From NCBI GenBank assembly GCA_037445775.1, contig JBBIJX010000002.1, positions 6,768 to 70,767 of the forward strand: a stretch of 64,000 bases of DNA, written 5' to 3'. The DNA comes from Actinomycetota bacterium (lineage in GTDB: Bacteria; Actinomycetota; Coriobacteriia; Anaerosomatales; PHET01). Positions 37,597-47,497 of this stretch are shown here, one piece after another; position 1 is the first letter of the stretch, and each line of letters begins with the position of its first letter. Under the pieces are notes generated by a model. It did not search any database, had not been told where the DNA came from, and saw only the letters and a list, made by a program, of their open reading frames with translations. The position numbers and the translations under genes are program-made.

Positions 37597-39080
37597 CGGG
37601 TGCTAGCATTTCTCGACCTCACGAACGGGAGACGCAGACGGACACGAGACTGACAGAGCTTCTGGACGGCACTGGTGCGCGCCTGAACGGCGTTGCAGAC
37701 CCGGTCGTATCAGGGATCGCGTATCGCTCCGACGACGTTCGTCCGGGCGACGCATTCTTCTGCATCAGGGGTTTCGCGCACGACGGGCACACCTTCGCTG
37801 GCGAAGCGGTCGCGCGGGGTGCCGCGGCCCTCGTAGTCGAGAGTCCGCTCGACGCGCTCGTTCCGCAGGCGGTCGTTGCCGACACGCGCCGCGCACTCGC
37901 ACTCGGGTCCGCAGCGTTCCACGACCACCCGAGCCGCTCTCTTGCGGTTGTGGGAGTCACCGGTACGAACGGCAAGACGACGTCGACCTATCTCATCGAC
38001 AGTGTGCTGCGGGCCGATGGGCGCACCACCGGTCTCGTTGGCACCGTTGAGACCCGCGTGGCCGGGCAGCGTACGCCCGCTGGCAGAACCACGCCGGAGT
38101 CCGCTGACGTCCAGGCACTGCTCGCCACGATGCGCGACGCCGGTGTCACGGCGTGCGCGATGGAGGTCTCCAGCCATGCGCTTGCGCTCCATCGCGTCGA
38201 CGGGATGCGCTTCGAGGTGGCAGCTTTCACGAACCTGACGCAGGACCACCTCGATTTCCACCACACCATCGCCGAGTACTTCTCGGTCAAGAAGCGGCTG
38301 TTCACGGAGTTCGAGTGTGGCGCGCACGTCGTCAACATCGACGATCCGTTCGGCCTCGGCATCGCAAACGAACTCGACGGCGCGGTGACGGTGGGGCGTT
38401 CGGCCGATGCGATGGTGCGTGCGAGCGAGGAGCGTCTCGACGCGCGTGGCGCTCACTTCACGCTCAGTGCCCCAGGGGGCTCCTCCCCGGTTCGGCTCCC
38501 ACTCGCTGGCGCGTTCAACATCAGCAATGCGCTCGTCGCGGCTGGCTGCGCTCACGCGATGGGCATCGGGCTCGACGTCGTCGTCGCAGGCCTCGAGGGT
38601 GCTGAGCAGGTGCCCGGGCGGTTGCAGCGCATCGAGTGCGGTCAGGACTTCACCGTCATCGTCGACTACGCCCATACGCCCGACTCACTCGCGAAGGCAG
38701 TGGAGACCGTATCGACGGTCTCGCCCGGCAAAGTCATAGTCGTGTTCGGTTGTGGGGGAGACCGTGATCCTGACAAGCGGCCGGTGATGGGACGCGCCGC
38801 GGGCGCGACGGCGGACTACACGATCCTCACGAGCGACAACCCGCGCTCCGAGGACCCCGTCGGCATCATCCTGCAGATCGAGGACGGGATCCGCGAGACT
38901 GGTGGCGACTACGAGATCGTGGTCGATCGCCGTGAGGCTATCCGAAGAGCTCTGTCTATGGCGGATGCTGGTGACGCCGTGCTCATCGCGGGCAAGGGAC
39001 ACGAGGACTACCAGACCTTCCGTGACGGCACTATCCACTTCGACGATCGAGAGGTCGTCCGGGAGGAGCTCGCATGCTGA
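37593..39080 (+). CDS. murE: UDP-N-acetylmuramoyl-L-alanyl-D-glutamate--2,6-diaminopimelate (or lysine) ligase; start codon unresolved
   Basis: GVTGTNGKTT and the C-terminal domain are in the track ORF (37950..39080). The N-terminal domain (LTELLDG...DDVRPGDAFFCIRGFAHDGHTFAGEAVARGAAALVVE) continues in frame upstream to 37593 with no ATG, GTG or TTG. Confidence 0.9.
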   Translation: MTGASISRPHERETQTDTRLTELLDGTGARLNGVADPVVSGIAYRSDDVRPGDAFFCIRGFAHDGHTFAGEAVARGAAALVVESPLDALVPQAVVADTRRALALGSAAFHDHPSRSLAVVGVTGTNGKTTSTYLIDSVLRADGRTTGLVGTVETRVAGQRTPAGRTTPESADVQALLATMRDAGVTACAMEVSSHALALHRVDGMRFEVAAFTNLTQDHLDFHHTIAEYFSVKKRLFTEFECGAHVVNIDDPFGLGIANELDGAVTVGRSADAMVRASEERLDARGAHFTLSAPGGSSPVRLPLAGAFNISNALVAAGCAHAMGIGLDVVVAGLEGAEQVPGRLQRIECGQDFTVIVDYAHTPDSLAKAVETVSTVSPGKVIVVFGCGGDRDPDKRPVMGRAAGATADYTILTSDNPRSEDPVGIILQIEDGIRETGGDYEIVVDRREAIRRALSMADAGDAVLIAGKGHEDYQTFRDGTIHFDDREVVREELAC

Positions 39081-40489
39081 GGGTCTCGGCGGATACGGTC
39101 TTGCGGCTGACCGGGGGGGAACTGCTCTGTGGCGACCCCGATGCGCACGCGAACGGCTTGGCAATCGACTCGCGGGAGTGCGGCCCTCTGTGTCTGTTCG
39201 TGGCGTTGCCCGGTGAACGAGTAGATGGGCACGACTTCTTGGAGGCCGCCCTCGACGCGGGTTCGAGTATGCTCGTTGTCACGCGTGACGCATCCGAGCT
39301 CACAGCGGTCCTGACGTCGGCGCTGCGGCGTGGAGCCGCGGTCGTGCGCGTCGAAGACGGCATCCGGGCGGTGCAGGACCTCGCGGCTTACCATCGCGAC
39401 CGGCTGCTTTGCCAGGTGGTGGGTATCACCGGTTCGACCGGGAAGACCACCACCAAGGACATGCTCGTCTCGGTCCTGTCGCGGGGGATGCGCGTCGTGG
39501 GAACGGCCAACAACCGCAACAACGAACTCGGGGTGCCCCTCACCGTTCTGCGCGCGGGCAGCGACACCGATGTCCTTGTCATCGAGATGGGGATGCGTGG
39601 ACTCGGACAGATCGCACGGCTCGCCGAGATCGCCCGCCCGCACATCGGGCTCGTCACGAACGTGGGTACCGCGCACATCGAGGTACTCGGCGATCAGGAC
39701 GCGATCGGGCGGGCGAAGTCAGAGCTCGTGGCGGCGATCCCCGAAGACGGCGTCGTGTTCATCAACGGCGACGACGTGAACTCCCGCGCGCTCGAGACAC
39801 GGTCGCGAGCGCCTGTGAAGCGCTATGGGCTTGGAGCGGACTGCGACGTGCGTGCCGAAGAGGTGCGGATCGACGATGGCGGGTGCGCGCGCTTCCAGCT
39901 GATGAGCGACTGTGGCGACATCGAGGTCCGATGTCCGATGCCTGGACGTCACAACGTGTACAACGCGCTAGCGGCCGCAAGTGTTGCGCTTCGGCTGGCC
40001 GTACCGCTCGAGGAGTTCGCGGCCGGGATCGAGGGCGCCTGCGTCTCACCGATGCGGATGGAGGTGCTGACTACCGCGAGCGGACTGACGGTGGTCAACG
40101 ACGCCTACAACGCGAATCCAACCTCGATGCGCGCCGCAATCGACGCATTCGGTGATCTTCCGGTGACCGGGAAGCGTGTCGCGGTGCTCGGCGACATGGC
40201 TGAGCTTGGAGGACTCACGGACCTTGCGCACTTCGAGATCGGCGAGGCGGTCGCCCGCTCGACGGTGGATGTGCTCGTCACCGTGGGGACGCACGCGAAA
40301 CGCATCGCCGACGGCGCGCGTGCGAAGGGGCGGAACTGCGACGAGGTGCGGCCCTGCGCGACCGCCGAAGAGGCTGTCGAGGTCCTTGACGACCTGCTAG
40401 AGCGCGGCGACGCGGTCCTCGTGAAGGCGTCTCGAATCATGGGCCTTGAGACCGTGGTCGAAGGGCTGGTGGACCCCCGTGTGGGATAG
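39074..40489 (+). CDS. murF: UDP-N-acetylmuramoyl-tripeptide--D-alanyl-D-alanine ligase
   Basis: GITGSTGKTTTKDM, NNELGVPLT, DAYNANPTSM. The ATG overlaps the murE stop. Confidence 0.94.
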   Translation: MLRVSADTVLRLTGGELLCGDPDAHANGLAIDSRECGPLCLFVALPGERVDGHDFLEAALDAGSSMLVVTRDASELTAVLTSALRRGAAVVRVEDGIRAVQDLAAYHRDRLLCQVVGITGSTGKTTTKDMLVSVLSRGMRVVGTANNRNNELGVPLTVLRAGSDTDVLVIEMGMRGLGQIARLAEIARPHIGLVTNVGTAHIEVLGDQDAIGRAKSELVAAIPEDGVVFINGDDVNSRALETRSRAPVKRYGLGADCDVRAEEVRIDDGGCARFQLMSDCGDIEVRCPMPGRHNVYNALAAASVALRLAVPLEEFAAGIEGACVSPMRMEVLTTASGLTVVNDAYNANPTSMRAAIDAFGDLPVTGKRVAVLGDMAELGGLTDLAHFEIGEAVARSTVDVLVTVGTHAKRIADGARAKGRNCDEVRPCATAEEAVEVLDDLLERGDAVLVKASRIMGLETVVEGLVDPRVG

Positions 40490-41552
40490 ACTCGGGCAGT
40501 ATCCCTCATACCAGGTCTTCATCGCCGCGGTCATCAGCGCCGTGGCCGCCGCGGCGATCATGCCCTTGTGGATTCGGCTTCTTCGCGTGCGCAACATCGG
40601 CCAGCAGGTGCGTGTCGACGGCCCCCACGGTCATCTGGTGAAGCAAGGCACGCCCACGATGGGCGGCGTGCTCATCATCTTCGTCGTGACACTCACGTTT
40701 GTCGTGATGGCGATGGGTGAAGGGCTTGACGACGTGAAACTCCGCCCGGCACTCACCGCGCTCGTCGCGACGATCGCGTGCGGAGCACTCGGTTTCGTCG
40801 ACGACTTCGCGAAGGTTGCACACGAGCGTTCGCTGGGGTTGCGTCCCCGGGCCAAACTCGCGTGGCAGGCGGTGATCTCGAGCGCCTTCTGTCTTGCGGC
40901 GGTGAACTGGGCGGGCATCGAGCCGTGGATCCAGATTCCGCTGACGCGTGCCACGATCGATCTCGGCGTCGTCACAACGAGTCTGCGTGTTTTCGACATC
41001 ACACTGCACGTCCCGTGGCTCTACGTAGCTTTCGTCGCGTTCATGATGATGGCCATGAGCAACGCGGTGAACCTCACCGACGGACTCGACGGACTTGCTG
41101 CGGGCACGGTCATGATCGTTGTGCTCGCCTTCGCTGGCATCGCGTTTCGTCAGAACGTCCTTGAGAGCGCGCTTCTGGGCGCAGCCATCGCCGGCGCGTG
41201 CGTGGGCTTCCTCTGGTACAACAGCCATCCGGCCGACATCTTCATGGGCGATACCGGATCTCTTGGTCTGGGTGCGGCGATCGCGGCGCTCGCGGTCATC
41301 ACGAAGACGGAACTGCTGCTGATCATCATCGGCGCAATCTACGTGGCGGAGACGTTGTCGGTGATCCTCCAGGTCGCGAGCTTCAAGCTCACCGGTAGGC
41401 GGATATTCCGAATGGCCCCCATCCATCATCACTTCGAGATGCTCGGCTGGTCGGAGACGAAGGTGATGGTGAGGTTCTGGATCGTCACGGGGATCTTCGC
41501 CGGCCTCGGGTTCGCCCTGTACTTCGCCCAGTCGGTCCGCCTGAAAGGGTGA
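40479..41552 (+). CDS. mraY: Phospho-N-acetylmuramoyl-pentapeptide transferase
   Basis: GTPTMGG, NAVNLTDGLDGLA, FMGDTGSLGLG, APIHHHFE. GTG 40479 overlaps the murF end. Confidence 0.95.
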   Translation: MWDRLGQYPSYQVFIAAVISAVAAAAIMPLWIRLLRVRNIGQQVRVDGPHGHLVKQGTPTMGGVLIIFVVTLTFVVMAMGEGLDDVKLRPALTALVATIACGALGFVDDFAKVAHERSLGLRPRAKLAWQAVISSAFCLAAVNWAGIEPWIQIPLTRATIDLGVVTTSLRVFDITLHVPWLYVAFVAFMMMAMSNAVNLTDGLDGLAAGTVMIVVLAFAGIAFRQNVLESALLGAAIAGACVGFLWYNSHPADIFMGDTGSLGLGAAIAALAVITKTELLLIIIGAIYVAETLSVILQVASFKLTGRRIFRMAPIHHHFEMLGWSETKVMVRFWIVTGIFAGLGFALYFAQSVRLKG

Positions 41553-41553
41553 C

Positions 41554-42933
41554 GTGAAGAGCCTCGGTGACATCCTCGTCCTGGGCCTGGGCCGGAGCGG
41601 TGACGCGGCAGCGCGCTACTGCTGCGGGCTTCTGGGCGGTGAGGCCGACTCCGTGACTGTGGTGGAGGAGTCCGACTCCGGCGAGGTGGCTCGCCGAGCG
41701 GGTGCGCTCCGCGATCTGGGTGCCCGTGTGCATCTTGGGACCAACGGCATCGCCGGAGCTTATGACCTCTGTATCGCGAGTCCCGGCATCAAGCCCGGCT
41801 CTGCACTGATGCTGAACGCACGCGCGGTCAGCGGTGAGCTGATCTCCGAGTTGGAGTTCGCCTTCCGGCGCTCCTCCTCGCCATGGGTCGCCGTCACGGG
41901 CACGAACGGCAAGACCACCACGACGGCGCTCATAGCGCACCTGCTCAACGAAGCGGGCATCGCGGCACACGCGGTGGGCAACATCGGTGTCCCGGCGATC
42001 TCCGTTGTCCACAAGGACATGGGTGGCGTCCTCGTAGCGGAGGCGTCATCGTTCCAGCTCGCTCTCGTGGACACGTTTCGGCCGCGCGTCGCGGCGCTTC
42101 TCAATATCACGCGAGACCATGTGGACTGGCATGGTTCGTTCGAGAACTACATGGCCGACAAGGTGCGGATCTTCGAGAACATGGGGGGCGACGACGTCGC
42201 TGTCATCGACGTTGATGACGCTGGATCGGCGCCGTTCGCTTCGCTGTTGGCAGGGCGAGGGATTCAGGTGGCACGTGTGTCGGCTGCCGGTGCGGCTGAC
42301 TCCGAGGCGACGGTCTCGGCCGGCGTGCTCACCCTCTCGACACACTCCGGGCCGGTTCGACTCTGCAAGGTCGATGAGCTGCTGATCCGGGGATCACACA
42401 ATGTGAGCAATGCGCTCGTCGCGGCGTGCGTCGCGCACGCCATGGGCGCCTCGATCTCCCCCCTCAGAGCGGGCCTTGCATCGTTTCGACCTATCGAGCA
42501 CCGCCTCGAACCCGCCGGTCAGGCGTGCGGCGCGGAATGGTTCAACGACAGCAAGGCGACCAACCCCGATGCGGTGCTCAAGGCGCTCGATGCGTTCAGC
42601 GGACGCGATTTCGTGCTTCTCCTGGGAGGGCGTAACAAGGGCAACGACTTCCGCCCGCTCGCCCGTGCGGCGACCGGCGTGGCACGCGCGATCATCGCGT
42701 TCGGTGAGGCCGGCCCCGAGATAGCGGACGCATTTGCGACTACGGGCGGGACTTGCGCTTGTGTGGACTCGCTGTCTGCCGCTGTCCGTGCCGCGTGTGA
42801 GGCGGCAGCGCCGGGTGACGCCGTTGTGCTTTCGCCCGCGTGCGCGTCGTTCGACGAGTTCACCGACTACGAGGAGCGCGGACGCGCCTTCAAGCGCATG
42901 GTGACCGAACTTGGCGAGGAGCGCTGCCCGTGA
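41554..42933 (+). CDS. murD: UDP-N-acetylmuramoylalanine--D-glutamate ligase
   Basis: VAVTGTNGKTTTT, NITRDHVDWHGSFENY, NDSKATNPDA. Confidence 0.94.
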   Translation: MKSLGDILVLGLGRSGDAAARYCCGLLGGEADSVTVVEESDSGEVARRAGALRDLGARVHLGTNGIAGAYDLCIASPGIKPGSALMLNARAVSGELISELEFAFRRSSSPWVAVTGTNGKTTTTALIAHLLNEAGIAAHAVGNIGVPAISVVHKDMGGVLVAEASSFQLALVDTFRPRVAALLNITRDHVDWHGSFENYMADKVRIFENMGGDDVAVIDVDDAGSAPFASLLAGRGIQVARVSAAGAADSEATVSAGVLTLSTHSGPVRLCKVDELLIRGSHNVSNALVAACVAHAMGASISPLRAGLASFRPIEHRLEPAGQACGAEWFNDSKATNPDAVLKALDAFSGRDFVLLLGGRNKGNDFRPLARAATGVARAIIAFGEAGPEIADAFATTGGTCACVDSLSAAVRAACEAAAPGDAVVLSPACASFDEFTDYEERGRAFKRMVTELGEERCP

Positions 42934-44162
42934 GCATCCGCCGGAAGTACGCGGGAGGCACGGTGGCTCGCTACGTGCTGCTCGGTTGCGCAGTGGCGCT
43001 GACCGCTGCCGGGCTCGTGATGATCTACTCCGCGTCGTCGGTTGCCGCCGCGGTTCGTGAGGGGATGAGCTGGCACTACCTCGCCCGTCAGGCGATCTTC
43101 ATCCTGATTGGCGGGATCGTGGCGTGGTGGGTGGCCCGTTGCGATTACCGGAGGCTCAGGGACACCGCGATGGGGTTCTGGGCGGTCGGCATAGGCTTGC
43201 TGGTGGTCACCATCATCGTCGGTGAAGTGCGCGGTGGAGCCCGGCGTTGGATACCGCTCGGACTGTTCAACCTCCAACCCTCGGAGCTTGCGAAGATCGC
43301 ATGCATCCTCGCAGTCGCAGCGATCGCGGTCGACTGGTCCCGGGGCAGGATGGATACGAGGCGCTTCATGTCGCGTGTTGCGTGGATCACAGTGATCCCG
43401 GCGGCACTCATCATCTTCCAGCCTGACCTCGGGACTGCGCTGACGCTTCTGGTGGCCGTGGCGCTCGTGCTCGTGCTCGCGGGGATCTCATGGCGATGGG
43501 TCATCGGGACTGCGTCTGCGGCGGTCGCTGCCGTCGGGCTCGCGGTCATGATCGAGCCGTACCGGATAAGTCGCATCACGGCGTTCGCCGACCCGTTTGC
43601 GGACCCGCTGAAGTCGGGCTACCAGACCGTCCAAGCGCTCTACGCATTCGGGAGCGGCGGCCTCTCGGGGGTCGGCTTGGGCCTGTCGAGGCAGAAGTTC
43701 TTCTATCTGCCTGAGGCCCACACTGACTTCATACTTGCCATCATCGGCGAGGAGGTGGGGCTCATCGGCACGCTCGGGGTGGTGATCTGCTTCGCGGCGC
43801 TGGTGTGGGCCGGTCTGCGTATCGCGTTGGGCGCGCGCGATCCGTTCGGACGACTCGTGGCGGGCGCCACGACGGGCATGCTCGGCTTCCAGGCCTTCCT
43901 TAACATGGCCGCGGTCACGGGGGTGCTCCCGGTGACCGGGAAGCCGCTGCCGTTCGTGAGCTACGGAGGCTCGTCGATGATCGTGACGATGATCTCGCTG
44001 GGCCTGCTTCTGTCGGTATCGGAGTTCGGCGCGCTAACCCCGCGCGCCGTGCGCCCTGTCTCACAGCGTGAGGAGCCGCGTGTTGAAAGTGCTCGTGAGT
44101 GGTGGCGGGACAGCCGGTCACGTCCATCCAGCGCTGAGCGTCGCCGCACAGCTCGTCGCTGA
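42930..44162 (+). CDS. ftsW: SEDS-family peptidoglycan glycosyltransferase FtsW
   Basis: Polytopic. LQPSELAKI, LPEAHTDFI, PLPFVSYGGSS. The GTGA overlaps the murD stop. The basic C-terminal tail overlaps murG. Confidence 0.92.
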   Translation: MSIRRKYAGGTVARYVLLGCAVALTAAGLVMIYSASSVAAAVREGMSWHYLARQAIFILIGGIVAWWVARCDYRRLRDTAMGFWAVGIGLLVVTIIVGEVRGGARRWIPLGLFNLQPSELAKIACILAVAAIAVDWSRGRMDTRRFMSRVAWITVIPAALIIFQPDLGTALTLLVAVALVLVLAGISWRWVIGTASAAVAAVGLAVMIEPYRISRITAFADPFADPLKSGYQTVQALYAFGSGGLSGVGLGLSRQKFFYLPEAHTDFILAIIGEEVGLIGTLGVVICFAALVWAGLRIALGARDPFGRLVAGATTGMLGFQAFLNMAAVTGVLPVTGKPLPFVSYGGSSMIVTMISLGLLLSVSEFGALTPRAVRPVSQREEPRVESAREWWRDSRSRPSSAERRRTARR

Positions 44163-45183
44163 CGGCGACGACGTCAGCTTCGTCGGCACGCCCGACGGAC
44201 TCGAGGCCCGGCTCGTCCCCGAGTCGGGCGTACGGTTCTTCGCGGTGAAAGCGTCGGGGTTCGACCGTTCGCGACCTCGTACGCTTCTGACGTCGTCGAT
44301 GCGCGTCGCCGGGTCAACACTCGTCGCGTTGCGACTGATTGCCCGCGTCCGTCCTGACGTCGTGATCGGATTCGGCGGGTACGTATCGATCCCGGTGGGT
44401 CTCGCGGCATGGCTTCTGCGCGTGCCGCTCGTTGTCCACGAGCAGAACGCGGTTCCGGGTCTCGCCAACCGTCTGCTGGCCCGCCTAGCTGTCGCGTGCG
44501 CGTTGACCTACGAGTCGTCGCGCGCCTTGCTGGGGCCGTGTGAGCGGTGCCTCGTCACTGGCAACCCCGTCCGCGCTGCGGTGCTTCGCGCGACGCGTGG
44601 CGAAGGGCGTCTGCACCTCGCTCTGCCCGACGACGCGACGGTGCTGCTCGTCTTCGGCGGCAGCAGGGGAGCGAAACACCTCAACGCGGCGATGCTCGCG
44701 CTGCGAGAGCGCCTGCTCGCGCACCCGGACCTTGTCGTCGTGCATGTGACCGGGCCCTGCGAGTACGACTCCGTGCGCTCCGCGCTCGTCGGGCACGACG
44801 GGGATGCTGAACGCTGGCGCGTCGTGCCTTACCTCGATGAGATGCCCGCTGCCCTGGCTGCGGCCGATGTGGTGGTCGCTCGCGCAGGTGCGACGTCGAT
44901 CGCGGAGATAACGGCCCGGGGACTGCCGTGCGTCCTCGTGCCGTACCCCTACGCGACCGACGATCACCAGACGGCCAACGCGAGAGCGCTTGCCGACCGG
45001 GGCGGTGCGATAGTCGTTCCCGACGACGAACTCGACACCCCGAAGTTCGGCGACTCGCTCGAGCGGCTGATCGGCGATGTCGACCTGCGTGCTACCATGG
45101 CTGCCGCGTCGCAGGAGCTCGGTGTGGTTGACGCCGCTCAACGTCTCGCGCGCGTCGCGCGCGACGCCGCTTCTCGAAGATGA
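44080..45183 (+). CDS. murG: UDP-N-acetylglucosamine--N-acetylmuramyl-(pentapeptide) pyrophosphoryl-undecaprenol GlcNAc transferase
   Basis: VSGGGTAGHVHPAL and the DDHQTANA motif. GAGGAG lies 4 nt upstream of GTG 44080; the track start GTG 44068 is also possible. Confidence 0.93.
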   Translation: MLKVLVSGGGTAGHVHPALSVAAQLVADGDDVSFVGTPDGLEARLVPESGVRFFAVKASGFDRSRPRTLLTSSMRVAGSTLVALRLIARVRPDVVIGFGGYVSIPVGLAAWLLRVPLVVHEQNAVPGLANRLLARLAVACALTYESSRALLGPCERCLVTGNPVRAAVLRATRGEGRLHLALPDDATVLLVFGGSRGAKHLNAAMLALRERLLAHPDLVVVHVTGPCEYDSVRSALVGHDGDAERWRVVPYLDEMPAALAAADVVVARAGATSIAEITARGLPCVLVPYPYATDDHQTANARALADRGGAIVVPDDELDTPKFGDSLERLIGDVDLRATMAAASQELGVVDAAQRLARVARDAASRR

Positions 45184-45206
45184 TCACGGATAGGATTTGG
45201 TGACGA

Positions 45207-46580
45207 GTGTCGCAGGTGTACGCACACTTCATCGGTGTCGGCGGGGCCGGCATGAGCGGGCTCGCCCTCGTCCTGCATGAGAGGGGCGTCTCCGTCACAG
45301 GAAGTGACCTCAAAGAGTCCCGCTACGCGCGGGCGCTGCAGGAGGCAGGTGTGCCGGTTGCCATCGGCCATGATGCCTCGAACCTTGGGAGCCCCGACGT
45401 CGTGGTCGTCTCGAGCGCCATACCTGAGACCAACCCGGAGCTTGCTGCCGCGCACAGCCGCGGGATCCCCGTGTGGCAGCGGGCGCAGATGCTCGCGCAC
45501 CTTGCCGAGTCCCGCGTGACCATCGCGGTGGCCGGCACCCATGGCAAGACATCCACGTCCTCCATGATCGCGACGATGCTTGACTCGATGGGGTGCGCTC
45601 CGTCGTTTCTTGTGGGCGGCGAGATCGACGCGTTCGGTACGAACGCACGACACGGGGATGGGGTCCACTGCGTGGTGGAAGCCGACGAGAGCGACGGGAG
45701 TTTCGTTCATCTGGCGCCCCGGATCGCGGTCGTAACCAACATCGAGGCCGATCATCTGGACCACTACGCATCCGTAGATGAGATCCGCGAGATGTTCTCC
45801 CGGTTCTTGGCTCGGGTGGCTGACGATGGCACCATCGTGGTGTGCGCCGACGACGACGTAGCCCTCGAGGTCGCGCGCGCGTCGGGGCGTGCGATCATCA
45901 CCTATGGGTTCGCCCGCACAGCCGACGTGAGGTGTCACGTCGTCGGCGTCGAGGGGTCCGGCAGCCGCTTCGGGGTCACGACACCTGAGGGTGATGCCGA
46001 GGCAGTCGTCTCAGTACCCGGTGACCACATGGTATGCAACGCTACTGCTGCGCTTGCGTGTGCCATCGCTCTCGATCTCGACCTGTCTCATGCGGCACGC
46101 GCGCTTGGGACGTTCACCGGGGTCAGGCGCCGCTTCGACCTTATCGGCGAAGTCGCGGGCGTCACGGTGGTCGACGACTACGCGCACCACCCGACTGAGA
46201 TCGCGGCAACGCTTGAGGCCGCGTCACGCATGGGTTTCTCGCGGATGTGGGCGCTGTTCCAGCCGCATCGGTACAGCCGGACCCATGCGTTTGCGAGGGA
46301 GTTCGGCGACTCGCTCGCTTGCGCGGACCGCGTGGTGCTCACAGACGTCTACAGTGCTGGTGAGCCGCCCATCCCCGGGGTCAGCGGCAAGACCCTTGTG
46401 CGGACCACGCTCGACGCCTCGCCACACACACGCGTCGCGTACCTGCCACATCGCGCCGACATCGTACCGTTCATCACTGAGCGTGTGTCCGCGGGCGATC
46501 TCGTGCTGACGATGGGTGCGGGTGATGTGACGGGTCTGGCGCCTGAGATCATCGCGGCGCTCGAAGAGCGGGAGGCGTGA
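45207..46580 (+). CDS. murC: UDP-N-acetylmuramate--L-alanine ligase
   Basis: HFIGVGGAGMSGLA, VAGTHGKTSTSSM, DDYAHHPTEI. Confidence 0.94.
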   Translation: MSQVYAHFIGVGGAGMSGLALVLHERGVSVTGSDLKESRYARALQEAGVPVAIGHDASNLGSPDVVVVSSAIPETNPELAAAHSRGIPVWQRAQMLAHLAESRVTIAVAGTHGKTSTSSMIATMLDSMGCAPSFLVGGEIDAFGTNARHGDGVHCVVEADESDGSFVHLAPRIAVVTNIEADHLDHYASVDEIREMFSRFLARVADDGTIVVCADDDVALEVARASGRAIITYGFARTADVRCHVVGVEGSGSRFGVTTPEGDAEAVVSVPGDHMVCNATAALACAIALDLDLSHAARALGTFTGVRRRFDLIGEVAGVTVVDDYAHHPTEIAATLEAASRMGFSRMWALFQPHRYSRTHAFAREFGDSLACADRVVLTDVYSAGEPPIPGVSGKTLVRTTLDASPHTRVAYLPHRADIVPFITERVSAGDLVLTMGAGDVTGLAPEIIAALEEREA

Positions 46581-47497
46581 GCCGCGTGGGTGCGGAGTCC
46601 GTGTTCGACGCGTTGTCGCGTACGCTGACAGGCGTCGTCCGTCGCAACGAGCCACTTGCGCGCCACACGTCCTTTCGCATAGGCGGACCCGCAGCGCTCT
46701 ATGTCGAATGTGACACTGTGGGCGATCTGGCTGCGGCGCTGAGCGCGTTGCGCGACAACGGCATCGACTGGACGGTGCTCGGGAAGGGCACGAACGTGCT
46801 CGCGTCAGATGCGGGATACGAAGGCGCGGTGCTCGTCCTTGGACGGGACTTCAAGCATTGGGGGCTCACCGAGGAGCGTTTGAGCTCCGGCGCGGGTGTC
46901 ATCCTCGGCGTGCTGGTCCAAGCCGCCTTCGGCGCGGGTATGACGGGCCTGGAGTTCGCCGTGGGTGTACCGGGCACGCTCGGCGGTGCTCTCGTGATGA
47001 ACGCGGGGGCACGCGACGAGTGGATCGGCGCCATCGTCGACTCGGTCACTGTGTACACAGCCGAGGACGGGCTGAGGGTGTTGGGTGGCGCGGAGGTCGC
47101 CTGGGGGTACCGGCGGTCGTCGCTGCCCGGGGTCGTCGTGGAGGCGACGCTGCGACTGGCTGCCGGAGACGCCGACCACATCCGACGTGTCATGGAGGCA
47201 AGTCTGCGACGCAGGCGCCGCACTCAGCCGCTCGCTCAGCCCAGCGCAGGAAGCGTGTTCGTCAACCCGGAAGGTGACTCGGCTGGCCGCCTCATCGAAG
47301 CAGCCGGTCTCAAAGGTGCTAGGGTAGGAGGGGCCGCGGTCTCGGACGTGCATGCGAACTTCATTGTGAACACGGGCGGCGCGACCGCGATTGACGTGCT
47401 CGAACTCGTTTCCAGGATTCGTGAGGGCGTCAGGGAGGCCTATGGCGTCGAACTCAGGCCGGAGATCCGGTTCCTCGGGCGCTTCGAGACCGCGTAG
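46577..47497 (+). CDS. murB: UDP-N-acetylenolpyruvoylglucosamine reductase
   Basis: FRIGGPA, GKGTNVL, and AGSVFVNP with SAGRLIEAAGLKG. The GTGA overlaps the murC stop. Confidence 0.93.
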   Translation: MSRVGAESVFDALSRTLTGVVRRNEPLARHTSFRIGGPAALYVECDTVGDLAAALSALRDNGIDWTVLGKGTNVLASDAGYEGAVLVLGRDFKHWGLTEERLSSGAGVILGVLVQAAFGAGMTGLEFAVGVPGTLGGALVMNAGARDEWIGAIVDSVTVYTAEDGLRVLGGAEVAWGYRRSSLPGVVVEATLRLAAGDADHIRRVMEASLRRRRRTQPLAQPSAGSVFVNPEGDSAGRLIEAAGLKGARVGGAAVSDVHANFIVNTGGATAIDVLELVSRIREGVREAYGVELRPEIRFLGRFETA

